DNA from: Syntrophobacteraceae bacterium | GTDB lineage: Bacteria; Desulfobacterota; Syntrophobacteria; Syntrophobacterales; Syntrophobacteraceae | Direction of reading: 5' to 3' | DNA: 64,000 nt | Assembly (NCBI GenBank): GCA_052147195.1 | Contig: JBKQLC010000114.1 | Span: 450-64,449 of the forward strand | Shown here: positions 35,806 to 43,286 of the stretch, one piece after another | Numbering within the stretch: the first letter of the stretch is position 1 | How the letters are laid out: each line of letters starts with the position of its first letter | Program-made: the position numbers and the translations under genes | The notes under the pieces: generated by a model | Told to the model about the DNA's origin: nothing | Database searches by the model: none | What the model saw: the letters and a program-made list of their open reading frames with translations, nothing else

Positions 35806-36228
35806 ATGCCAGAGAAATGCCGTGTGGTGGTATGCGGCTTTGACCCTATGCTCGTAAAAGCATATGTAGCCGCCAACGCGAGAGCCTGCTGGTGGCACGT
35901 ATCCGACGAGCTATACAATGAGTTCAAAATGCAGCCGAAAATGAAGGTCCAAGGGAAGCTTCTTAAAGTCTATTCGGGTAAAACCGGTCAAGAGGCAGAG
36001 GCTCCTGACGAACCATTTGAATGGGAATGCTCCAACGAGTCCGGCCTTGCGGTCTTGCTCCCGGCTGACGTTATCAAGAAGCACAAGCTCACGGAATTTC
36101 ATTTCCTCGAGTTGATGATCGACAAAATTGACGGCAAAGACGTTTATCCTGGCCAGGAAAAGATAAGTAAGAAGTGGTGGCCGCAGGAGAAGCTGAAATT
36201 GGGCTATGCACTCGATTACATCGGATAG
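35806..36228 (+). CDS. Protein of unknown family (140 aa), operon member
   Basis: Strong SD GAAGGAGG 7 nt upstream. MPEKCRVVVCGFDPMLVKAYVAANARACWWHVSDE... No family recognised. Confidence 0.6.
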   Translation: MPEKCRVVVCGFDPMLVKAYVAANARACWWHVSDELYNEFKMQPKMKVQGKLLKVYSGKTGQEAEAPDEPFEWECSNESGLAVLLPADVIKKHKLTEFHFLELMIDKIDGKDVYPGQEKISKKWWPQEKLKLGYALDYIG

Positions 36229-36301
36229 CCTGCAACGACTTCATAGTGTGAATTCCACTTTCCCCCGTGACCGGGGGAGAGTTGGGACCCAACACAGAGA
36301 C

Positions 36302-36337
36302 TCCCCTTTCCATTGCCAGGAGAGGGGGTTTTATTAT
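36302..36337 (+). terminator. Weak intrinsic terminator after the CoA-transferase operon, within a cluster of four hairpins (36258-36386)
   Basis: CCCCT-15 nt loop-AGGGG followed by GTTTTATTAT. Flanking stems: TCCCCCG/CGGGGGA (36258-36281), GTTGGG/CCCAAC (36281-36293) and TGAGCCCCA/TGGGGCTCA (36350-36386). Confidence 0.4.
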
Positions 36338-36433
36338 GATCTAACGCTATGAGCCCCATAGTGGGATGTGGCGACTTTGGGGCTCACGTTGTATTTGACA
36401 AAGAAAAGTACGAGTGTTCATTGAGGGGAAGAA

Positions 36434-37696
36434 ATGGCAAATAAAGCGATAGACGAGAGGCAGGACCCACACCCGGAAATAAAGCCGCTCATAGAGGATG
36501 AAAACCTGCCGGAGCACGAACCGGCACACCCTGGCTGGCTATCGATTGGTGAGATTTTGAAAGTATCGCATCCTGTCTTTGCAAAGAGCAGTTTTCTTAT
36601 CGGATATCATCATTCCAGCAATGTGTATTTGCTCGCAGGCGATTACCTCACCCTGGTGGACCCAGGCAATGATTACACTATTTTTTTTGATATTGAAAAA
36701 CTTGGGTATGATATTTTGGATATAAAGAAGGTCGTGTTCACGCACGGGCATCGCGACCACTGCATGGGCATATTCGAGATGTTGAGATTTCCCACCGTAA
36801 TTGAAAACAAGCAAGTCGAGATCATTATGCATGCAGAAGGTCCACAGGAGTTAAAAAGGATTACCACACAGGCCGGGTTTCCCCCAACAGAATTAGCAGG
36901 TGGAGAAACCCTTGAGCTGAGCGGCTTTGAATGGGAAGTAATCCATACTCCCGGCCACACAATCGATAGTATATGCCTGTATCACGAACCGACCGGGACG
37001 CTTATTTCCGGCGACTGCGTACTGCCCGATACCATGGCGGACGTAGACAAGACTGCCGGAGGCAGGCTGGACCTTTACTTGTACGGGCTCGGTCAGTTGA
37101 TGAAAAAAAGCATCGTTCATGTTCTTCCCGGCCATGGTGTGCCGGTGGCGTTCACCGGAAAGCGTACTGTAGAAGAAACATATGAAGGCTTAATAATGAA
37201 AATCTTAGAAGCGGCCCCCGAAGACAAAATGACCTGGATGGAAGGGGCGAAGCGGCTGGCTGACAAGGGGCTTTTGGCAGAGGTCGCATTTTGCTGTGAT
37301 AAAGAACTGACCCTCAGGCCGCATAATCTGGAAGCAATGCAGTTGAAGGCCCTTGCGTTGAACGATATGGGCCGGTGCGAGGAGGCCATCGAGGTTTTGG
37401 ACTTGATTTTGGCAAGGCAGGGCCACAATGCCTATGCTTTGACAGCCAAGGGTCAGGCATTGCTGGGTCTGACCAGATACGCTGACAGTCTGCCATATTT
37501 TGATAAAGCCATGGCGAAGGACCCCCAGATCAGGGAAGCTCAGGTCTTTAAAGGTATGGCATTGTATTTTATGGGCAGGTCTGAGGAGGCTATGGCAATC
37601 GAGGCCTTCAAATCCGAGTTCGAAGCAAGATGCAGGAGCCAATTTGACAAAGTGCGGCAAGCACCCGAATCAGATGCTCACAGCCATGACGTATAG
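36434..37696 (+). CDS. MBL-fold metallo-hydrolase fused to C-terminal TPR repeats (paralog 1)
   Basis: 420 aa. THGHRDHCMG (HxHxDH), TPGHTIDS, SGD, LPGHG. The C-terminal ~170 aa are TPR-like (LKALALNDMGRCEEAIEVLDLIL..., TAKGQALLGLTRYADSLPYFDKAM...). Confidence 0.85.
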   Translation: MANKAIDERQDPHPEIKPLIEDENLPEHEPAHPGWLSIGEILKVSHPVFAKSSFLIGYHHSSNVYLLAGDYLTLVDPGNDYTIFFDIEKLGYDILDIKKVVFTHGHRDHCMGIFEMLRFPTVIENKQVEIIMHAEGPQELKRITTQAGFPPTELAGGETLELSGFEWEVIHTPGHTIDSICLYHEPTGTLISGDCVLPDTMADVDKTAGGRLDLYLYGLGQLMKKSIVHVLPGHGVPVAFTGKRTVEETYEGLIMKILEAAPEDKMTWMEGAKRLADKGLLAEVAFCCDKELTLRPHNLEAMQLKALALNDMGRCEEAIEVLDLILARQGHNAYALTAKGQALLGLTRYADSLPYFDKAMAKDPQIREAQVFKGMALYFMGRSEEAMAIEAFKSEFEARCRSQFDKVRQAPESDAHSHDV

Positions 37697-37769
37697 GCGG
37701 CTGGACGGTTATATGTTCTGACTTGACCATTGTCCGATGGTTATGCACTCCCTCGGCAGGTATAGAAAA

Positions 37770-37961
37770 ATGGACGAGAAATTCTATCATGCTGCAAAAG
37801 CCCTGATAACTTACATTGATAAAGAGTATGTTTTCGATAAGTCCGCTGATATGGGTTGTGGCGGATTTGATACTTATCAATCAGAGACTTTTTACGATCT
37901 AATCGCAAATGCCAAAAAAGCCCTTAGCGATTTTGAGAATTCAATGAAAGAACTCGGATGA
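37770..37961 (+). CDS. Hypothetical small protein (63-74 aa)
   Basis: ORF 37737/37770-37961. The stop overlaps the next ORF start (ATGA). Predicted helical, with no strong SD. Lies in an AT-rich segment. Confidence 0.3.
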   Translation: MDEKFYHAAKALITYIDKEYVFDKSADMGCGGFDTYQSETFYDLIANAKKALSDFENSMKELG

Positions 37962-38221
37962 GTTGTTACCCTGAAAGGTGTCGCGGTAAAATGGCAATCG
38001 AGGAAATCAGTTACGAAGAGTACATGACAAAGCTTGATGAAATCGAGAAGCGCTACTTGTCCGATGAGAAAGGTTTTCCCGAGGGTGCGCGCGAGAAGGG
38101 GTTGGAGATTTGTAAGAAGTTCCGGCGAGAAGTGAAGGCGTTGGGTCCTGAAAATTGTTTATATTACATCGACACGGTGTATGGGTTGCCGATGCACAAA
38201 CCCAAGCAACGCGAAGGATGA
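37958..38221 (+). CDS. Hypothetical small protein (76-87 aa)
   Basis: The ORF is coupled by ATGA to the previous one. Lys/Glu-rich helical sequence (ISYEEYMTKLDEIEKRYLSDEKGFPEGAREKGLEICKKFRREVKAL). Confidence 0.35.
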   Translation: MSCYPERCRGKMAIEEISYEEYMTKLDEIEKRYLSDEKGFPEGAREKGLEICKKFRREVKALGPENCLYYIDTVYGLPMHKPKQREG

Positions 38222-38338
38222 GTTGTAGTATTCAACCCGGTTGGTTCCAGTCCGGAGAGGTGCTCTCTGGCTGGATCATTCTTCGGCTGCGGCCCGATTG
38301 CGTACCCCTGCCAGGTCCAATATAAAAGCCTGTATATA

Positions 38339-38521
38339 ATGGTGGAAAAAGAAACTATTCAAAATGTTACATGTGCACACTGTGATACTAGGCTGACCTT
38401 GGAGGAGGCTGTTCACTACGAACACAGGCTGCTTTACTGTGAGCACTACCATTGCGGTGAGTGCGATCCCATAGGCGTTTGGGATTGTGTGAGTCACGAC
38501 ACGGACATGGACGTTCATTGA
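38339..38521 (+). CDS. Hypothetical Cys/His-rich mini-protein (60 aa, zinc-ribbon-like)
   Basis: CAHC...YCEHYHCGEC...C spacing suggests metal binding. Weak RBS. Convergent with the amidotransferase genes. Confidence 0.3.
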   Translation: MVEKETIQNVTCAHCDTRLTLEEAVHYEHRLLYCEHYHCGECDPIGVWDCVSHDTDMDVH

Positions 38522-38531
38522 CCCTTCCTTA

Positions 38532-39275
38532 TCATATGTCTGCTTGCAGCAGTATATCACTTCCCACAATCGCCATTAGAAAGCCAATGGATTCTGCACG
38601 CCTGGAAAACCTTGTCCAGTTTTCTTCACTTAAGCCGTGCTCTACTGTGGTCAACAGCAATCCTCTTTCAAGACTGTTGCTTTCCTTAAGCAAGAGAAAT
38701 TGCCTGTGATTGCTGAATGCAAACAATACCGAGCCGTTAGTCAAAAGATAATTGTATGATCCAGGGTATTCCTCAATAAGTTGCCTGGAGGTGTCAGCCA
38801 CGGCCCTGAAGAGGCCGAAGATATCACTGCTTCTTTCTTGGCGAGCCGCCATACCGTCCATAAGATACTCAAAGATTCTTGCCGAATCACTAACTACATC
38901 ATCAAATCGAACCTTTTGACTTCGATAAGACTCTATGGCAGGGGACTTCCCATTGTGAGCGAAAATCCAGTTTTGACCTTTGAATTGAAGGACAAAAGGA
39001 TGAGCATGACATTCGTCTATAGGACCGCTGGTTCGTAAACGTACATGTGCGATAATAAACTTGCTTGCAACGACTCGAGCAAGCCTCTGAAAACCATCAT
39101 GGAATCTTCCTTCTTGATAGGCATGGGTGGCTGATTTCTCTACATAAGCTCGATTCTTCCTGAAAAATCCTATACCCCAGCCGTCCATATTCCTAGCCGC
39201 TTTGGCTGCAAAAATCGGCAAGGCCTTGGGCGCCGAGTAATTTGTCGCAGCAGACAGGGCGAATAAGTCGCACAT
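38532..39275 (-). CDS. Class II (Ntn, Cys-1) glutamine amidotransferase-like protein, YafJ-type, paralog 1
   Basis: 247 aa. MCDLFALSA...NMDGWGIGFF...HVRLRTSG...HPF...FAHNG is the Ntn GATase-II pattern, with Cys2 as the nucleophile after Met removal. Confidence 0.8.
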   Translation of the reverse strand: MCDLFALSAATNYSAPKALPIFAAKAARNMDGWGIGFFRKNRAYVEKSATHAYQEGRFHDGFQRLARVVASKFIIAHVRLRTSGPIDECHAHPFVLQFKGQNWIFAHNGKSPAIESYRSQKVRFDDVVSDSARIFEYLMDGMAARQERSSDIFGLFRAVADTSRQLIEEYPGSYNYLLTNGSVLFAFSNHRQFLLLKESNSLERGLLLTTVEHGLSEENWTRFSRRAESIGFLMAIVGSDILLQADI

Positions 39276-39391
39276 AACGGGGTCTTACCTGTCTTCGTAT
39301 ACAGGGTTGAATTCAATCGATCGCCTTTATCGGGCGGTCCTACTCCCGGCACGATTAGAGCCTGCCCTGCCTGCCGGTCGCAGTGTGAATT

Positions 39392-40150
39392 TTAGAGAAA
39401 AGCCTCTTGCGTCACATTGCCCAGATACAATACGTCTGGTCCCGCAACCACCAGAAGCTTTCCCAGGGTGTTACTTTCCGGCTCGATGGCAATCCATTCT
39501 TTGTCACTCAGTCCTTCCCCGATAGTGGTGAGGACAAGGCTATTTCCATTCCTTGCCGATTCCTTGAGGAGCATCAAAGTCCGAAAATTAGAAAAGGCAA
39601 AAAAGACTGACTCATTGGCTAGAACAAACGAATAATGGCCAGGATAGTCTGAAAGCAAGTTCCTAATGCTTTTTACCAGCGATCTGCCAAGACTCTCGTA
39701 AGGAGTGTACAGCAGATAAGAGATCAGTTGATCCCTTAAATATTCAAATACTCTGGCAGGATAAACATCCACATCTATCCTGGGTTCGTTTGCTGTTTGA
39801 TAATTGTCGATTTCTTTTATCAATCCGATATGCACAAATAGCCATACGTGGTTGAGAAACGATAAAGAAAATGGGTGATTCTGAGCAGTATGACGTCCAC
39901 CGCTCAACGGACAGCTAATGTGCGAGACTATGATTCTGCTGTCTACAACCCTTGCCAGCCTCTGGAAGCTCTCGTGGACTTGCTCGCTGTCATAGACCCG
40001 CTCTGCAGATTTCTCTACCAGAGCCTGGTTGTCACGATAAAATCCAATACCCCAACCGTTCATGTTTCGCTTGCCCTTTTCCGCAAATATCGGCAAGTAC
40101 TGTTGGGCCGTATAATTAACTCCCGCCGAGAGCGCAAAAATATCGCACAT
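39392..40150 (-). CDS. Class II (Ntn, Cys-1) glutamine amidotransferase-like protein, paralog 2
   Basis: 252 aa. MCDIFALSA...NMNGWGIGFY...HISCPLSG...HPF. The usual HNG is replaced by FVHIG, so this copy is divergent. Confidence 0.75.
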   Translation of the reverse strand: MCDIFALSAGVNYTAQQYLPIFAEKGKRNMNGWGIGFYRDNQALVEKSAERVYDSEQVHESFQRLARVVDSRIIVSHISCPLSGGRHTAQNHPFSLSFLNHVWLFVHIGLIKEIDNYQTANEPRIDVDVYPARVFEYLRDQLISYLLYTPYESLGRSLVKSIRNLLSDYPGHYSFVLANESVFFAFSNFRTLMLLKESARNGNSLVLTTIGEGLSDKEWIAIEPESNTLGKLLVVAGPDVLYLGNVTQEAFL

Positions 40151-40223
40151 CTTCTCTAATTCCCCTGTACAAAGTTAGCTCTTGCAATTCAGCCCGGACT
40201 GAGTTGCAACGGGAACATCCCGG

Positions 40224-41207
40224 TCACCCCAGCTTCAAACCCAACGGTTCTTCTCCCATCTTTGATATAGTAGACTTGTGTGCAATCCAACCGTTAATGC
40301 GATTCATATGACCAAATGCAAGATATATCTTATATATCGTTTTCAACCATTTATTTGCATTTGCATAGTAGTCGATTTTCGGCACTCGTCCATCGCTCAG
40401 TTCGACTAAAAACTGCGTGAAGATAATCCACTGCATTGCTTCATCTATTTGCTGGAGAACAGCAGAGTGATATCGGAACTCAATGGTGGATCGATACCAA
40501 TACGAATGCAGATTGAGCCCATGGTAACGAGTCAAGTCGTACCTGTCAGATGCGCTGCGAGTGGAATCATGCCCATTGTTCTGGCAATACCATAACTCCT
40601 TGATTTTACAACCGTTCTTCTCACATGTATCGTCACAATCACCCAATTTACTGAATAAATCGACATCGAGATCCATGGGACGGCAAGTAGCTTTATCGAT
40701 CCTGCCCCCAGCGATCAGAAGATAAATATAGTCCTCCATTGCATAGACAATTCTTATGAGCTCTTTCAGGTGTTTGCACTCATAAAGTTTAGCATCTACG
40801 CCGTGATGAACGTGAAATCCACATGATTCGTCTATTTGCGCTCCACGGATTTCGCCGAGCAACTGGAAGAAGCGATACGATTCCATTAGTCCCTCAAAGC
40901 CGCGAAGTATCGGGCTTATAAGTTCCACGCCACCTCGGTGAACTATGGAAGCATCTTCTTCAAAGTGCCAGGAATGCCTGTCCGTGCCTAGATTTAGTCC
41001 GTAGTCATCTAGTAATTGAAGGAAGCTTCTGCCATCTCGGGCTTTCGAATGGATGTTGTAAGGTTTGATTATGCCGTTGTCGGGCGGTAAGATATAGTAG
41101 TCCAGGCCATAGAACTCGATTTCCACTCCGAGAGGCCTATCCGTGAAATAGCACAACATCGGGTACTTCTTCTTAAGTTTTGCGACCGACTCTTGATGCT
41201 CTTGCAT
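40224..41207 (-). CDS. Amidoligase_2-family (glutamine-synthetase-fold) putative amidoligase
   Basis: 327 aa. GVEIEFYG, WHFEEDASI...GGVELISP, CGFHVHHG, STIEFRYH are the block motifs I associate with the PF12224-type amidoligase. SD GAGGAAGAG upstream. Confidence 0.75.
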   Translation of the reverse strand: MQEHQESVAKLKKKYPMLCYFTDRPLGVEIEFYGLDYYILPPDNGIIKPYNIHSKARDGRSFLQLLDDYGLNLGTDRHSWHFEEDASIVHRGGVELISPILRGFEGLMESYRFFQLLGEIRGAQIDESCGFHVHHGVDAKLYECKHLKELIRIVYAMEDYIYLLIAGGRIDKATCRPMDLDVDLFSKLGDCDDTCEKNGCKIKELWYCQNNGHDSTRSASDRYDLTRYHGLNLHSYWYRSTIEFRYHSAVLQQIDEAMQWIIFTQFLVELSDGRVPKIDYYANANKWLKTIYKIYLAFGHMNRINGWIAHKSTISKMGEEPLGLKLG

Positions 41208-41683
41208 ATATGGCTCTTCCTCACAATCTAGAAGGCCACCCGCTGCCGGCCCAGGTCCCGGTGAGCGGCGCTTCAGCCTTTTGAAGTGATTGAGCGACCA
41301 CGCATGAAATAAATAATAACGTATTGTATCTAGTCTATCTTACGACGAGAATACAAATCGGCCATATTTTTTTGATCGCCCGTTAATGTGTTCCAGAGCA
41401 GTATCTTTCAAGAAGGATGCCGATGAACCGCCCGCGGTCCCGCCAGAGGCAGGAGTGGAAATGTCTTTCCCAATGCTCACTGCGCCTCTGTCATCTCGGA
41501 CATGCCCCACCCTGGATCTCGGGTCCCCTGATCTGGTCCGGGACGTGCTCGACAGGACCTCCCGGGACGTGGAGATGGCCTTTTCCTGGTCTTGGTGTGC
41601 GAAAGGCAGACGAAGAACTTCGGGGCGGTCTTTATTGCGAAGACCGGGAAGTCGCTTCCGGTCATAATCCGGCCCGCAGCATA

Positions 41684-42118
41684 TTATTCGAATATCTCAA
41701 TCAGCTCGATTTCAAATTTGAGTAGTTTTCCAGCAAGCGGGTCATTTGCATCAAGAACCACGCTGTCTTCGGTAATAGCCGTGATAGTTGCAATCGTCGT
41801 TTCCCCATGGTTTGTGCGAATTTGCAGCTTCTTACCTAACTCAAGATTCAGGCCGGCCGGGGCCTGGGCTCTATTCATGACGAATACAAATTCTTGTCTG
41901 TGCTGACCGTAAGCCTCTCCCGGAGGAATTGAGATGCTCTTGGTGTCTCCTTCCTTCATACCGATGACTGCCTGTTCAAATCCTGGAAGTACGCTTCCCT
42001 TACCAACAGTAAATTCAAACGGCTCTTTCTCCTCGTACGTGGAGCTAAACACCGTGCCATCCTCCAGAGTGCCGTGATAATGAACCTTTACCTTATCTCC
42101 TTGCCTTGCCTGAGCCAT
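41684..42118 (-). CDS. FKBP-type peptidyl-prolyl cis-trans isomerase (SlyD/FkpB-like, short)
   Basis: 144 aa. GDKVKVHYHGTLEDGTVFSSTYEEKEPFEFTVGKGSVLPGFEQAVIGMKEGD is the FKBP core with an IF-type insert. SD AAGGGAGAA. Confidence 0.85.
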   Translation of the reverse strand: MAQARQGDKVKVHYHGTLEDGTVFSSTYEEKEPFEFTVGKGSVLPGFEQAVIGMKEGDTKSISIPPGEAYGQHRQEFVFVMNRAQAPAGLNLELGKKLQIRTNHGETTIATITAITEDSVVLDANDPLAGKLLKFEIELIEIFE

Positions 42119-42484
42119 GGGTTTCTCCCTTTCCTAAGAGTCATTAAAATTAAGAGGGGCAATCGAGTTCCCACCTTGTCAGCTTAACTATAGTCAGCTT
42201 ACCACTTTCAATTCCGCCTTCACAGAGCACATCTTCAATCTCGCAGCAATGAGGTAAATACGCACATGAGAAGTAGTCCTGTTCTGCGTTCCGGGCGGCA
42301 TTCCAAGGTACGCCTCCACACCAGACACCGATTTCCTTGCTATGACGAAAAATCCCTCTCGGACGTCGAAAAATTCCGACGTCAAAAAATGCGAATCGGA
42401 AACTCCTGTGTCAAATAAGGTGAAATTCTCCTACGTTCATCCGGTTTATCGTTTGATGCCTAGCGTATGTCTGCACGGGCAAAA

Positions 42485-42588
42485 GGGGGTCGAGTTTTAA
42501 ACACTCACTCTGAGCCCGATTTCAAAGACTTTGCGCGCTATCGAACTGCTAACAGGGACGTATTTCATACACTCTAATTGATTCCGGC
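42485..42588 (+). promoter_or_regulatory. Copy B of the repeated ~100-bp noncoding element (candidate enhancer/UAS)
   Basis: Same ordered blocks as copy A: GGGGGTCG 42485, TGAGCCCGATTTCA 42511, GGGACGTATTTCATACACT 42555-42573, GATTCCGGC 42580. Confidence 0.5.
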
Positions 42589-42738
42589 ACTTCAAATTGA
42601 GCAGGACAGCGAAACATTCACTTCGCAATTGAACTTTCGGCGATTTTTCTCTCCTGACGCCTTTAACCATCGTTTCATTATGAGTGGTTCAATCCTTCAT
42701 AATGTCAAGCATACTGCGATATTCGTTGTCATTGCCGT

Positions 42739-42755
42739 CGGGCACAAATCTTGTA
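42739..42755 (+). promoter_or_regulatory. Candidate sigma-54 (-24/-12) promoter, copy B
   Basis: CGGGCACAAATCTTGTA. GGCAC is perfect at -24 and TTGT sits at the -12 position. It is nearly identical to 31067-31083 and lies ~530 nt upstream of MBL-TPR paralog 2. Confidence 0.4.
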
Positions 42756-43286
42756 TTACCAATAGAGGCCCCTCCTAGCTTCATCCATTCAGAAGTGTGG
42801 TTTTTAAAAAGTTTGGACGTGCAAGGAGTGGCGGTCACATCTGCGTGTAGCGGACTTGGTGGACGGGCTGATATGCAGGACCGGCCGGCTGATTGGCGGC
42901 TTGGTCATCAAGAAACTATGGGGATCAGTTCCATAAATCTCGGCGGCTCCATTCTTCAGTCTTCAAACTCGAGCTCAGCAGAGCGATTTTTCGATGCCAG
43001 CGCTGTTCAGTATCCAATCGTGCTTCTTTCGCATTCTGGCTGCCTTTCTCTATCCATGGCCAACTTACAAGCCTCTCAGAAGGACTCGTAAGGGTGTAGT
43101 CCACGAAAGAGATGAAATTCCTTTACTCGGCAACCCTCATATGACCCAGTAATTCATCAGCCGGGTCCTTCTTGCCACTTGGGGGGTTTGACAGGGACGA
43201 CCCAGGGGGTGCGGTAACGTTTCACCTTAACCTCACCCCTCTGCAAACCGGCAGTTCACATTTTACATTACCGGAAGGTGACACAC

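Noticed and set aside
41386-41725. GC-rich patch with overlapping 93-, 102- and 62-aa ORFs between the amidoligase and FKBP genes.
   Set aside because: The translations are Arg/Pro/Ser-rich and mutually overlapping in several frames. This looks like a degraded coding relic or noncoding DNA, and no family signal was seen.
42684-43091. 135-aa plus-strand ORF in the region upstream of MBL-TPR paralog 2.
   Set aside because: It has no SD and a Ser/Leu-rich low-information sequence. It spans the candidate -24/-12 motif. It is most likely noncoding leader or promoter DNA.
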